Assembly: GCF_018350175.1 (NCBI RefSeq)
Contig: NC_058368.1
Location: forward strand, 11,532,001-11,596,000
DNA: 64,000 bases
DNA from: Felis catus
Lineage: Eukaryota
Reading direction: 5' to 3'
Of the stretch, positions 48,960-62,797 are shown in pieces. The notes beneath the pieces are model-generated. The model was not told the origin of the DNA and searched no databases. It saw only the letters and a list, made by a program, of their open reading frames with translations. A program made the position numbers and the translations under genes. Position 1 is the stretch's first letter; each line of letters begins with the position of its first letter.

Positions 48960-51260
48960 CTCCTCCCTTTCAAAGCCCTACTCAAATTACTAAGAGAATT
49001 TTTTTAATGTATAAACCCACAAGGACAATGATCGAAGAAAAAACAAATTCTGGAAGCCAAAAAGCATGAAAGACTTTGAACATCATAGAAAGCTAAAACT
49101 TGACCTTAGAGCAAGTAGAGAAGCTACCCAATTTCCCCCAAAGAAAAAACCCAAGAAAGACTCAAATTGGCAGCAACTTGTACATCTGAAGGTGAGGTAG
49201 AAAATAGGAAGATTGGTTGAAAATCTGTTTAAGAAATACCTATATCCCTTCCCCCACTGCAGGCAGCCAGTTATCCCTTTTGTGCCAGAACACCTGGAAG
49301 GTTATCGTCTGGAGAAGATGAATTGGAGGGATTCTGAACTGGGAGAGGGGAGACACAGTAGGCACAGTTGAAGGGAGGGTACTGAAAACAGAGATTAAGT
49401 AAAAAATCTGCTTCTCGAGTAGTGAGACTTGCCAGCCTCCTTCCCACATTTGGCTCCCAAATACTGGCAGCCAGGCCTCTAGGCAGAGGACTAGAAGACT
49501 TTTTTTCTGGGGAACATGACTAGCCCAATAGAAAAGACTAGAAATACTGACAAATGCAGGTACTCAAATGAAAGTGCATAGCCAGAACACCAGACAGTGA
49601 TGCCAACGATTAACAAGCCCCTCCAGCACACACCTCACTGTTTGTTTGTTTGTTTGTTTGTTTATTTGTTTGTTTGTTTTGAAAGGGAGCAGGGGAGGGG
49701 CAGAGAGGAAGAAGGAGAAAGAGCGAGAATCCCATCCCAGGCAGGTTCGGCACTGTCAGCACAGAGCCCAGTGCGGGGCTCAATCCCGTGAACCTTGAGA
49801 TCATGACCTGAGCCGAAATCTAGAGTCAGGTGGCACTTAATGAGCTGAACCAACCAGGTGCCCCATACCTCACTCTTAGATAAGATCAGAAAATGAAAGA
49901 TCACTAGCTATTGGCAGAAAGCCTCTGTGATAGTTTCCATAGCGCAAAAACAAACAAAAAAGAAAGAAACTTAGAGGAAATAGACCGTACATGGAGGTGA
50001 ATAAAATTTCAAAAAAACTTCCTAATATTCCCAGGTGGAGAACAATAGAAGTAATAGAAGATAAAAGTTATGAAAGCTCCAAGAATATAGAACAAAAAGA
50101 AAAAAGATGAAAAAAGAAAAGATAATTGGAAAAGTCAGTCATATGGGCTAACATCTGAAAATTTGGAGTTTGGGAAAGAAGAAATAAAGGGGAAATGAAG
50201 AGAAGTTTTCAAAGAAATAAGATACTTTAGCAGTACTGAAGGATATGAGTTTCTTTGATTAAAAGAGCCCTCTGATCACACGAATAAAAACTGACTCACA
50301 TTAAGGAACATCCTTTTGAAATTTTAGAATGCTACAGGGAAAGGGAAACCTTAAATTTTCCGGGGGAGGGGGGAGGGCAGAAAAATCAGGTTTCAAACAA
50401 AGTTTCAAGAGTCCTAATGGTATAAATCCTCTCATCATTAACAATGGAAGCTAGAAGATTATGGATTCTATAATGTATACTACAGAGCAGTGCCTTGAAA
50501 ATTCTGAGAGAAAATGATTTCCAGCCTAGAATCCTATCACTGACCAAAATATCAAATAAGTGTGAGGTAGACATTTTTCAGATGCAGAGTACCAAAAGGT
50601 TTATCCCCCATGCACTTTTCTCAGGAAGCTCACAGAAGTCACCCATAACCAAGAAGGAGGAAGATGTAAGATTTGAGAAACAAGAACTTAGCATAGGAAA
50701 GAGGCAGAGGGAATCGCCCAGGTAGACAGTGCTTTGAGGGGAGATCCCAGAAAGATAGCTGTGTCACTAAGCCCAGACTGGCAGCTAGACCATTTGGGGA
50801 CAGAAGAATAGAGCCCTCAGAGAGTTTGCCTACAAGATAAAATTGAAGCAGGACCTGAAGTCTTAATGCAGTGATAAACTTCTTGGTAAAGATGGCGGAT
50901 TGAGCACACTCAAATAGCTCCATTGCCTTCCAAAATGTTAGCAAAGCCACAGTGAGGGAACTTGCACACACCAAAGATAAGGGAGGACAGGAGAGGAGAC
51001 CTCGTGGCTGTACTTCCAAGGATATGGAAGAAAACGGATTAAAAAGCTAATAGTGGGGAGAGAAAAAAACCAACCATTTTACACTGAAGAAGCCTCAAAA
51101 GCTGAGGAATTAGTGTATCTTCACAATTGGGGGTGAAGGAGGAAGGAGTCAGAACAAGGGTATAGGTTGAAAATGCATTTCCTCCTCCACTCCATGAAGC
51201 TGGACAGCTACCTGTTGTCCACTCTAACAGAAGACTAGGGCTTAAGTCTCCAGAGAGGGT
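48960..51260 (+). mobile_element. Ancient L1 5'/ORF1-derived sequence in intron 13
   Basis: A-rich; ORF1-like remnant KILRENDFQPRIL at 50495. Confidence 0.55.
49640..49864 (-). mobile_element. Can-SINE with (TTTG)n tail
   Basis: TSD cacacctcact / catacctcact. Confidence 0.92.
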
Positions 51261-52336
51261 ACACAATTAAATGTTGACAGTCAAATACGTAACTTGGGAA
51301 GACAGGGAGATGAGATAGAAAGGCTATTTAGTAAAGCAGAAGTGGTGTTGACAGAGCGCTAAATCTTGATCTTCCAAGTGGCTCTTCAAGAAGAAGCAGT
51401 CACAGAAATGTCACTTAGAGATAATGGATGTGAATATCATAGAAGCATCTAAAATTGTAGAAAGCAGTTATAAAACCTTTCCCACCTGGTAAATTATTTA
51501 GCCCAAAGCTGTGGTTTAAATTGTTTTTAATATTACCTTTTCATAAATAACTATTTGTGGCATTGTTGAAAAAAATCATCGATCCTCATTTCTGGAGTAT
51601 ATTTTCCAGTAGGCTTCTAATATACGTGTTTTGAAAGTAGAAACCCATGTGATTTGTTTCCATTTCCAAAAGGAGGTTGTAATATTAAAAATAAATGCTT
51701 ATTTATCTTCTTATTACCTTAATTTTCACACATGATAAAATAGTTCTGTGCATTTAGTAAGTATGCATAAGGATCTAATTTACCTAAGTATCTGATTTAT
51801 ATTGTGCAGATAGATATAAAGATAAGTCTACCTCAGATTGCTAGTCTTGGAGCCAGGTGTGAAAAGAATTACCGGGATAAAAGTACTAAAGTAGGTATAA
51901 CTAAGTGACGTGACAGCATAGAAAAATTGGCACCTAATTATGGGACAGAAGCTTAGCAAGAACAGTTCTCCAGACAGAATGGAAAGAATGCTTGGGTGAG
52001 GAGGGAGCTCCACACTCGGGTAAAAGAAAGAAGTGTGGCTTTCCTCATGGGATTTAGTGGGCTGGGGTGTGGTGGGGGCTGGGAAGAAACAAAAAAGAAA
52101 TGGGGAGGTTGGGACCTATATATAGGAAGCCTCCTGTGTCATTTCTGACAAGTCGAAACTGGGTAGGTGACCATTTGTGGAAGTTTCTAAGAAGAGGAGC
52201 AGGATAACCAAATTTCTGTTTTAGAAATAGACCAAAGTGAGATTGCTGCAAGGAGATTAGTAAGGAAAATTTAACACAAGTGCTAGAGCAGAGAGTATAA
52301 AGTGAGCGAAAGATTGAGATTCAAGAAGATTTGACC

Positions 52337-52530
52337 AGGGGCACCTGGGTGGCTCAGTTGGTTGAGCCCCCAACTCTTGATTTCAGCTTAGGTCGTAGGA
52401 TTAAGCCCCGAGTCGGGCTCATGCTGAGCATGGAACCTGCTTAAGATTTTCTCTCTCTCTCTGCCCCTTTCCCCCTGCTCACAGACACACACTCTCTAAA
52501 CAAACAAACAAACATAAAAAAAGAAAAAAA
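52337..52530 (+). mobile_element. Can-SINE
   Basis: Head, (CT)n, A tail; TSD aagatttgacca / aagatttggcca. Confidence 0.92.
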
Positions 52531-52699
52531 GATTTGGCCAGATAGTGGCTAACTGGGAGTGTCAGAGTATCTCCACTTATATTCAAGTAGACATCTTAGA
52601 CATGACCTACAAAGCAAATGCCTCATTTTCACAGGACTCTTAATATTTAAAAACAAGGGAGTACAAGATAAATGAAAATAAGTTTTGGAGTAGAAGTTG

Positions 52700-54010
52700 C
52701 ATTTATTCTTCTGCACGGGATCTCTCAGTCATCTACTGAGGGAAATCAGTCCAGCAATTGCCCCTCTCCTGCATTGATACCTGTCTTCCTCTCCAGTGGC
52801 TTAGTCCCATCAGTGAGGTAATTGCTGTAAGTCTCTGTCTTAACAAGAAACACCTTTCTTGATTCCTCTAATCCCACCAGTCTGTTTCTTTAGCCCCTTA
52901 AAGCACAACTCATCAGAATGGTCTCCACTCATGTTCTCTACTTATCTCTCCCCCTCCTCTCCTGAACCTACCGTACTCTCTGATGTACTCTCTGATCACC
53001 GGGCACTACTCCTTATCCAGATTACTGGTTACCCAGCAGTTGTTGAATCTTGTCAGCTCTCCGCCCTCCTGTTAACCTAGCATTTGCATAGTTAATCACT
53101 CTTCTTCACACTTTCTTCAACTCCTGGCACCACTCTCTTACTTCTCCTTCCCAGTGGCCATTCTTTCTCTTTTGTTCTTCCCTTAAATCACTAAGTGTTA
53201 AATTCCCTCATGGTTCACTTCCAGATGGCTTCTCTTCCTGACCTTCCTCCTTCATCACTGTCTCATCCACTGTCATGACTTTATATACCCTCTATTTACT
53301 GATGGCTCCAAAATTAATATCGTTAGCCCAGATTTCTTCCCTGAACAACATATGCATTCATCTAGTTACCTCCTTGACATTTTTATTTGGGTGACTAATA
53401 GATATCTCAAACTTAACAGCTTCAAAGCTTACCCTAATCTGCTTTCCTATAAAAGTCTAACAACTCTGCTTTCAAAATACACTCACACCAGAGGATAGAG
53501 TGTGTCATTTCTTTACTCAAAAACTAGCCCGTGACTTCCCATCTGAGTATAATTGGGAAGCCCTACGAGGGTGTACGGGTTCTCTGTGATCCAGACTTCT
53601 TGCTTTATTTCCAATCCCACCTACTGACTGTCCCTGCTCACTCTGCTCCAGGTATACTTAGGCATAGCCCGGCATGTGATGTTCATTCTGCCTGCAGCCC
53701 TGCAGCACCTCTCCCAAATACCTGCATGGCTTTCTTTCTCTCTTCCTTCAGGGCTCTGTACAAATGTCACCTTATCAATAATGTCTTTCTTACCAGCCTT
53801 TTTAGAATATTATTTCTTTTGCTGGACACTCCCTGTCCCCCTTACTGTGCTTTTAATCTTCTCTATAGTATTTAATACTGACATATTTATTTGTATGTTT
53901 CCCTCCACTAGAATATAAACTCTATGATTTTGTTTTGTTCCCACTATATCCTCCAGCCAAAACAGTGCCTGGCACACATAGGAGGAACTCATTAAATATT
54001 TGATGGTTAG
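52700..54010 (+). mobile_element. LINE-2 fragments with 3' end
   Basis: Pyrimidine-rich body; tail 'cagtgcctggcacacataggaggaactcattaaatatttg'. Confidence 0.65.
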
Positions 54011-55254
54011 ATGACTGAAGAACTAAATGAGTTCCAGGGTAACTTCAATCTCTCGGAGTTCAGGGTTGGGTAAAAGGAAGTATGCAGTTTTCAACAAGAT
54101 AGCAAACATTGGGAAGAACATGTATGCTAGAGAAGGTGATAAATTTAGTCTTGGATGTGTTGAGTTTGAGATGAGTGTGGAACATCAAGGTAGAGATATG
54201 TCGTGCTGTATAAAGTTAAAGGTGCAGGAATAACACCTAGGGGGAAAGTCAAGCATGAAGATACAGATTAATATTTTTATTGTTAGATGATAATTTAAGC
54301 AAGGAAAATGATTCAATCACCCAGGGAAAATGTCTAGAGAAGAAATCCAACTTTAGAGATGGGAATTTTTTTAAGAGTCAGAAAGAGGAAAACAAAAAAG
54401 AGACAGTGGTGGTGTAGATATTAGAGGTGAGAATTTTAAGAAGGAAAAAAATCATCTGTCAAAGGTCAAGTAGAGTGAGTTTACTTGTGAAACTGTGTGT
54501 GTGTGTATGTATGTATGTACATATGTATCGTAGGCACTTGGAAGGTCAATAGCAACTTGGTTGAGGACAATTTCTGTAGAAGAGTGGGAGAAATGAGAGT
54601 TCAATGAGTAGAAGTTGAATAGATAAAGATAGCTAGTTTAGATTACCTGTTTAGGAAGGTTGGCCATTAAGGTCACAAGGAGTATTAGCTTGAAGGGGAG
54701 AGAAGTCTGAGAAAAAAGCATTTCGAGAATGCACAAGTCTTTCTGGCTAAATGAAAGGAGCACTAAAAAAAAAAAAAAAAAAAACCCAGTATAAACAAGT
54801 GGTAGAAAGACACAGGAAGGAAGTAGAATAATAATTGAAAGAGTGGAGCTCCTGAGGAGACTGAGTTATTAGATGGGGTCAAGAGTACAGGTGAAGGTGC
54901 TAGGCCTGACAGGAGGATGGACAGATATTTCTCTGGTAAAGGAGGTAATAAGGAGTACAGGGCTAGAATTGGAGGAGACAGAAAATCCATGTTTGACAGG
55001 CTTTTCTGTTATGTGAAGTAAGTGGTAAACTCAAAGGCTGGAAGTCAGTGTGTGAAAAAATAGTTACAGACTTGAAAAGTGTGGTATGGTTTTGGATGGC
55101 AACCATGATGAAATGCACAACAGTTGCCAGAATAAGATTGCCATATGGCAGTTGAGGTTTACAAAAAAATACGTATATATATGTATGTATTCTAAAACCT
55201 TTCCATGTGTGTCCATTTATTGGCAAATAATCAAATACTTTTTCCTCATTGTAG

Positions 55255-55688
55255 CACAACTAAGAAACGGCAAGAAATACAGAATCCAAATTTCACTGCG
55301 CCTGGTCAAAAATTTTTGTCTAAATCTCATTTTTATGAACACCTGGCTTTAGAAAAATCTTCAAGCAATGTATCCATTTCAGGGCAGCCATTTTGTACAG
55401 TTCCTGCCACAAGAAGTGAAAAAAGGGGACATTCGATTACTCCAAGCAAACCAGTGAAAGTCTTTGTCCCGCCTTTTAAAACTAAATCACATTTTCTCCA
55501 AGATGAACAGCACATTAGCAAGAATACTCATGTGGAAGAAAACAAACAAAAACCAAACAACATAGATGAACATAGTTCTGGTGATAGTAAAAATAATATT
55601 AATAACAGTGAAATTCATCAGCTTAACAAAAATAACTCCAGTCAAGCAGCAACTATGGTATTCACGAAGTGTGAAAAAGAACCTTTAG
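55255..55688 (+). CDS. BRCA2: BRCA2 exon 14 (PhePP / DMC1-binding motif KVFVPPFK at 55457-55480)
   Basis: ttgtag|...|gtattg, 434 nt. Confidence 0.97.
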
Positions 55689-56137
55689 GTATTGTATGAA
55701 AATTTGTGTTGACATATTTTTGCCTTCCAGTTAGATGTTTCTCATATTTTAATAATGCCTGGAGAATCTGACCCCTTTTCTGGTGATTATAATAATTTCG
55801 GGACCTTTTTAATGCTTTAGATTCTTCCTAAGTCCAAAGATTAGATTCTAAGTATTCTAATGCTATCTTTCAAAGTAACTACTTGCGGACTTTCTTATTA
55901 AAAAAGCAATTAGACACATGATCTAAGACTGCTAATAGTGGAATATATATATTTAACAGGCTTTAAGTTTCTTCCAAATTTGAAATAAAAATAATCTATT
56001 GTTTACAAGATGAAACTTTGCTTATCCCTGAAGATTTAAAATTAGAGGAAATTGATGCATACGACTTTGTAAAACAAAGGTTGTGCTTTTTAGATTTTAT
56101 ATTTAAGCTTATTTTTTGCTAATTTGTTCTTTAATAG

Positions 56138-56319
56138 ATTTAATTGCAAGTCTTCAGAATGCCAGAGATATACAGGACATGCGAATTAGAGAGAAACGAA
56201 AGCAGCATATTTTTCCACAGCCAGGTAGTCTGTTTCTGGCCAAAACATCCACTGTGCCTAGAATCTCTCTGAGAGTAGCCGTAGAAGGCCGAGTTCCCTC
56301 TGCGTGTTCTCATAAACAG
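56138..56319 (+). CDS. BRCA2: BRCA2 exon 15 (start of helical domain)
   Basis: taatag|...|gtatgc, 182 nt, [17 protein letters not shown]...[12 protein letters not shown]. Confidence 0.97.
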
Positions 56320-56602
56320 GTATGCTTCTGTCTGCAATGCTGCTAACTTTTATAGTCAAGTATAATTTCATGTTATTAACTGGTATCTCCAAACCGTTTT
56401 GTTCAAAGAAGGAACAAATGAATGCGGGAATGGATAAATGAAATCATTTTGTTTCCTAATCTGCCTACAGTGGCAGCCTCCCTCTCTGCTGCCTTATCCC
56501 ACTAAAGTGATCTGTGCTCCAAAATTGCTGTTTCTCTTCCCTCTTCAAATTTAAAGTGTGAATAACCCATAGCCTTGAATCCATTAAGAGCTATTGACAT
56601 TT

Positions 56603-56818
56603 TTAAAATTTTTTTTGTAATGTTTATTTTTGAGGAAGAAAGAGAGACAGAGTGCAAGCAGCAAAGGGCAGAGACAGACGGAGACACAGACTCCGAAGCA
56701 GGCTCCAGGCACTGAGCTGTCAGCACAGAGCCCGACGTGGGGCTCGAACCCACGAGCCGTGAGATCATGACCTGAGCTGAAGTCGGACACTTAACCGACT
56801 GAGCCACCCAGGTGCCCC
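56603..56818 (-). mobile_element. Can-SINE (SINEC_Fc-like)
   Basis: TSD gagctattgacattttt / gagctattggcattttt. Confidence 0.94.
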
Positions 56819-57618
56819 GAGCTATTGGCATTTTTAAAAGAGGATTCTTATTAAGCCAGTGCTATCGACTTGCAATTTTAGGCAATGGAGAGGTGAATAT
56901 AACATTGATAATATTAAAAAGTAATATTTATCGAGTAGTTTTTATGCGCTAGCCACTCTCCTAAGCACTGGGCCTGCGTTGGTTACATCTCCCTTAATCT
57001 TCCCAAGTGTCTAAAGGAGAGCTACTGTTATTTTTGTCCATCATTTGCAGAGGAGAGGCTGAAGCACAGGGTTCAGCAGGTGCCCCCAGAGTCACTTACC
57101 TAGGAAGCTCTCTTCTACCAGCTACAGTTCAAAGCAAGGAGTGGGACTCCAGAGTCAAGTCTGTACAAAGGAAGAGATACTTTGGGCTGAGACATGCTGG
57201 GTGAATGGAGGCCAGGCCTGGATACAAATCTGACCTCCTGAGGTCAGATGCCCAAAAATACTTAAACTTTTCACTGTCTTTTTCCTTCTGAATTTTTTGA
57301 CTTAAGAGATTTTATAAAATATTAAGTTACTTTTTTATATCCAGAATGACCTCCTGTGGCAGTTGTAGCAGGAGGCATATACACAAGGGGAATGAAAAAG
57401 GTACGGGAGACTCTTGAATATAGGAGTCGTTTATATTACATTAAAATGTTTAGCTCTTAGTAACTAAGTTCAGTATTTTGATGGTGAGTATTGTAATATT
57501 TAAATGAAAAACTTTGGTAAATTCGATTTTAGTTTCCTATAATTGTTTTTATTCTATGAAATTTGTTTTTTTTGTTTTTCATTCATTATCAAATGTTTCT
57601 GTCATTTATCTTGTGCAG

Positions 57619-57806
57619 TTATATATGTATGGCGTTTCCAAACATTGTGTAAAAATCAACAGCAAAAATGCAGAGTCTTTTCAGTTTCACACTCAGGATT
57701 ATTTTGGGAAGGAAGTCCAGTGGGCTAAAGAGGGAATACAGTTGGCTGACGGTGGATGGCTCATACCCTCCAATGATGGAAAAGCTGGAAAAGAAGAATT
57801 TTATAG
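57619..57806 (+). CDS. BRCA2: BRCA2 exon 16
   Basis: gtgcag|...|gtactc, 188 nt, [10 protein letters not shown]...[25 protein letters not shown]. Confidence 0.97.
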
Positions 57807-58283
57807 GTACTCTATGCAAAAAGAGATTGTGTTAACTTTTCTGTATTCCACCATACCTCTTTTCTTCCCTTACCTCTCTCAAACTTAACAAGTTGGCCAG
57901 AAGTCAAATTTGTATTCAGTGAATTATTTTAAGTACATTGTGGTTCAACTGACATTCTGTTGTAATATTTTGAAAAGTGAATTATGGTTTGTCCTTAGGA
58001 TTTAATGAATTGGTTTTTCTTAAATTGGGACATTTTTCATATGCATTTATAAAATAAAGACTGATAAGAAAAGTTAAGTTTGAATGAGCCTTACCATAGA
58101 CAGACAGACACACACACACACACACGCACGCACGCATACACGCACACACATCATATTCTCTTTCATTGTGTATTTTAACAAATACAAAATATAAATACTA
58201 GAAGTTAAGCAGAGATGCTCAAGTATCAGTAATACCAGTAACTGGTAAATTTTACTGCCCTAAAACATCAATAATTTAAATAC

Positions 58284-58493
58284 TTTTTTTAATGTTTATT
58301 TATTTTTGGGAGAGAAAGAGTGTGAGTTGGGGAGGGGGGTGGGCAGAGAGAGAGGGAGACATGGAATTCCAAGCAGGCTCCAGGCTCTATGCTGTCAGCA
58401 CAAAGCCTGACACGGGGCTCGAACCCACGAACTGTGAGATCACGACCTGAGCCGAAGTTGGATGTTTAACCGACTAAGCCACCCAGGCGCCCC
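58284..58493 (-). mobile_element. Can-SINE
   Basis: Reverse-complement consensus; TSD aacatcaataattt / aacatcagcaattt. Confidence 0.93.
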
Positions 58494-58929
58494 AACATCA
58501 GCAATTTAAAAACTATGTAACCTCTTATGTTTCTAATGTTTATACAAAGATGATTTACAATTTATGCTATCAAGGATGCTTTACCATGCCAATGGCAAGA
58601 GATGAGAATCCTTTCTCTAATGCTCTTATTTTTTTTTTTAATCTCTGTATATCTTTCCGAAATATATAGTTTGCGTAAAGTGGTAAAAACATTTTTTCCT
58701 TAAACTTTTGTTATGTTTTTGGAGTATATTAAGACACGAATTGTATTTACATCTTGCTCTTATCTCCCATAGATATCTGTTATCGATTCTAGTTGGAAAA
58801 GTATAATAAATAGTTATATTATTTTCTTGTATTAAGGAAGCTACATAGTATAGTGGTTAAGAGTAATTACCATGTAATCAGAAGAACATGGTTCATAACA
58901 TTGACTGTTGGAGCTCAAGTTGTCTTTTT

Positions 58930-60460
58930 TGGTCATCCAACAAATATTTATCGAGGACCTACTATGTACCAGATAACTCTTCTGGGTATTCAGAATAATA
59001 AAAGAAAACAAAATCTCTGCCCTAATAAGTTCTACATTATAGTAGAGGGATCTGGAGTGGGGAGAGAAAATTTTAAAAAGAAATAAGTAAATTGTGTAGT
59101 ATATTAGGAGGTGATGAATACTATGAAGATAAAGCTGGAAAGGGTATAGGGAGAATCAGGTGAAGAAAGGTGTAATTTTAGAATAGGCTAAGAGGCGCAT
59201 GGGTGGCTCAGTCAGTTGAGTGTCTGACCTTTGATTTTGGCTCAGGTCATGACCCCAGAGTCATGGGATTGAGCCCCATGTCAGGCTCTGCACTGTGCGT
59301 GGAGATTATTTAAGATTCATTTTCTCTCTCTCCCTCTCCCTCCCTATGCCTCCCCATTCATGCACTCTTTCACTCTCTAAGAATAAAATAAAATGAAACA
59401 GAAACTTTTTTTTAATAAAAATAAAATAGGCTAAGTAGTTAAGAGGCTTCACTGAGTCTCAGACATTTAATCAGTGTTCTGAAGGAGGTCAAGAGAATGA
59501 GCATAAGACCATGTGAGGAAAGCATCGTTGGCTGTAAGCAAGATCTGCTTATTTGAGGAACAGGAGGAAAGTGAGTGTAGCTGGAGTAGAATGGGCAGGA
59601 GAGGAGTAGTAACAGATGAAATAGAGAGATGGGGCCTTATGAACCTTGGTAAAAATCTTGGCTTTAACTCTGAGTAACCTTTTTTGCCCTGAGTAAATCA
59701 TAAGAATGTTTAAAGCAGAGGGGTGACATGATCTGCTTTAATTTTGAAAGGATGACTCTGGCTGTTTGTGGGGATTAGATTAATTAGATTAGGGAAGGAC
59801 AATGCTGGAAACAGACCACTTAGGAAACTATTGAGGTGATCCAGGTGAGACGTGGCTAGTTGGGCGAAGCAGTGGAGTTGGTGGAAAGCAGCTGGATTCT
59901 GGGTATGTTTTGAAGGTGGCATCATCAGGATTTGCTCACGGATTGGTTGAGGAAAGTGAGAGAAACAAAGGAAAAATAGCTCCAAAGATTTTAGCACTGG
60001 AAGCTGGAAGGGTGCAGTTATCATGTCCTGAGAATTGAGAAGACCAAAGATGGAAAAGAAATGGGGTATCCAGTTGGGACATTTGAAGCTTGGGATATTA
60101 GTAGACATCCAAGTGGAGATGTTGAGTAGGTAGTTGGATATGAAAGACTGGAGTTTATAGGTGAAGTATGAGCAAAAGACATCAATTTCATAGTTGTCAG
60201 CATATAGATGGAACTTTAAAGCCATAAAAGAAAGACCGAGAAAGAGCAACCCGAAAGTTAGAAATAAATGCCAAAGACTGTGGTGTGTTGCAAGCCAAGT
60301 GAGGACAGAGCTTCAGGGAATCAAGAATGACCAGGTGTCAGTTACTGCCAAGTAAAGGAAGATGAGGACTGAGAATTGACCGTGGATTTATCTATGTAGA
60401 GGTCACTATTAGTCTTAATGAAAATAATTGAATAAATTGAAAGAGGCAGTATCTGGAGAA
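58930..60460 (-). mobile_element. LINE-2 fragment
   Basis: Tail 'catccaacaaatatttatcgaggacctactatgtacca'; body 'tagacatccaagtggagatgttgagtaggtagttggatat'. Confidence 0.75.
59192..59424 (+). mobile_element. Can-SINE nested in L2-derived sequence
   Basis: TSD aataggctaag. Confidence 0.9.
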
Positions 60461-61057
60461 GGAAGGAGGAGCAAAGGGTGTTAGTTTTGTTGTGTTTAAG
60501 GTAGAAAAAAACTTTTTTTTTTTTTTTAACGGATGGAAATTGTTCAGTAGAAAAGAAAGAAATCTCCCTATCAGGGAAGAGAGGAGGCATTTCCTGGATC
60601 AATGTCCTTGACTAGGCAAGAAAAGGTGGGAGCTAGTATACAAATGGCAAGAGATGGTGAAGTGTAAGGTTCCAGATGCTGGTGTGGGAGTGGAAGCTTC
60701 TGGAAGTTTTCTTCATTACTTGTTTCCCTAATACTCAAAGTGGGAATGAGAAAGGAAGAAGGGTTAGAGAGTTGAGCAGAGAGAGGAAGATCTTTAAAAA
60801 GCACCTGGGCTAGAGAAGGATATTCTTAGATGATTTCTAAAAACAATCTCTTTGAAGAAAAATGATCTAAAATAGAATTATTTTAAATTATAGGTCTCAT
60901 TTCCAGTTGAAATTATTGTATTGACTAATATGCAAAGTGAATTTTATTAGTATATTTTGATACATGTTAAATCACTGTCTACACTGTATTACTATACACT
61001 AAAAAACTTTTATTGAATGATTTTGTATATTAGCGTTAGTATTTGTGCAAAGAATAG

Positions 61058-61318
<261 letters not shown>

Positions 61319-61818
61319 TAATGCATTATGTTACCCAATTACATACTGTGATCAGGTTCAGACTTCTGTGCAGTCCGTGACTTCTAGGTCATAGAGGTAC
61401 ATGATCGCTTGTCAGTGACAGTCGCCATCCCACACTGCTGTTCTCACTTGTACATGGTAGTTCTCTTGTCACGCTCCAGTCCCCTTAGGAGAAATCCAAC
61501 ATTCATGCATCTCCCTTCCCTCTTCCCCCACCCCTCCCCCTTAAACTCTTGGCATATGAAAAGAATATGAATTACTAATTTGATCCTTTATTTGGGGATT
61601 GCTAATAAAGCATTTTTGCATTTGGGGCATTTTAATATTTAATTCATATTTTAACAGTATAAAACTTACTGTATTGCTGGCTGTCAAATTTTAAATTCTG
61701 TCTCAATAGTTCTTCAGTTAAGATACTTAATTTTTATTCTCCATTATTCGGTGACTTTTTAAAAATAATAATCTAGACTCAAAATTCCTAAAATATTCAT
61801 TTTTACTTTTATTTTTAG

Positions 61819-62173
61819 ATACGATATGGAAATTGATAGAAGCAAAAGATCAGCTATTAAAAAGATCATGGAAAGGGATGATACCGCAGCAAAAACACTT
61901 GTTCTCTGCATTTCTGAAACAATTTCATCAAGCACAGATCTATCTGAAACTTCCGGCAGTAAAACTAGTGGTGTGGGTACCAAAAATGTGGGCATTGTTG
62001 AGCTTACAGATGGATGGTATGCCATTAAGGCCCAGCTAGATCCTCCCCTCTTAGCTCTTGTGAAGAAGGGCAGACTGACCGTGGGTCATAAGATCATTAT
62101 TCATGGAGCAGAACTGGCGGGCTCCCCCGATGCCTGCACACCACTCGAAGCCCCAGAATCTCTTATATTAAAG
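61819..62173 (+). CDS. BRCA2: BRCA2 exon 18 (OB1 domain); gene continues beyond the window
   Basis: ttttag|...|gtaaat, 355 nt, [22 protein letters not shown]...ELTDGWY...[13 protein letters not shown]. Confidence 0.97.
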
Positions 62174-62576
62174 GTAAATTAAATTAATGCACACTCTTGG
62201 TAAAAATCAGTAACTGATTCAGTTACATTCTAGGGAGGTTTTACATTCTAAATTTTAAAATTATGCCTGTTAAAGATGCTCCATTTCTTGAAAACGTACT
62301 GGTAATCTTAATATAAGTGGCAAATTTCTGAGACTTAAATTTTTTTGTGCTGTTTTTGGGAAATCCAGAGATATTTATCAAGCTAAAATAATGCAGGAGC
62401 AAATATGTACCAGATTTGATTTTGTGCTATGGGTACCTATAGCCCTTGGTGCCGTCTTGTTCTCATAGTACCGCTCTGCTTCCACCCTGATTACTCCATT
62501 AGACCTATATTCCAGTGTGATTAGAGAATTTGGTTTCAGTGATTCTTAAATATATAATAATAAAATGTACGCTTCT

Positions 62577-62797
62577 GGAGCACCGGGTTGGCTCAGTCAG
62601 TTAAGCATCCGACTCTTGGTTTCCGCTCAAGTCACGATCTCACAGTTTGTGGCTTTGAGACCCACATTGGGCTCTGTGCTCACAACTTGGAGCCTGTTTG
62701 GGATTCTGTCTCTCCCTCTCTCTCTCTCTCTGCCCCTCCCCTGCACACACTCACTCTCACTCTCTCTCAAAATAAGTAAACTTAAAAAAAAAAAAAC
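62577..62797 (+). mobile_element. Can-SINE
   Basis: Head ggctcagtcagttaagcatccgactc, (CT)n, poly-A. Confidence 0.92.

Noticed and set aside
59710..60249. 179-aa minus-strand ORF
   Set aside because: Lies inside an L2 remnant, has a non-ATG start and no sign of a separate gene structure
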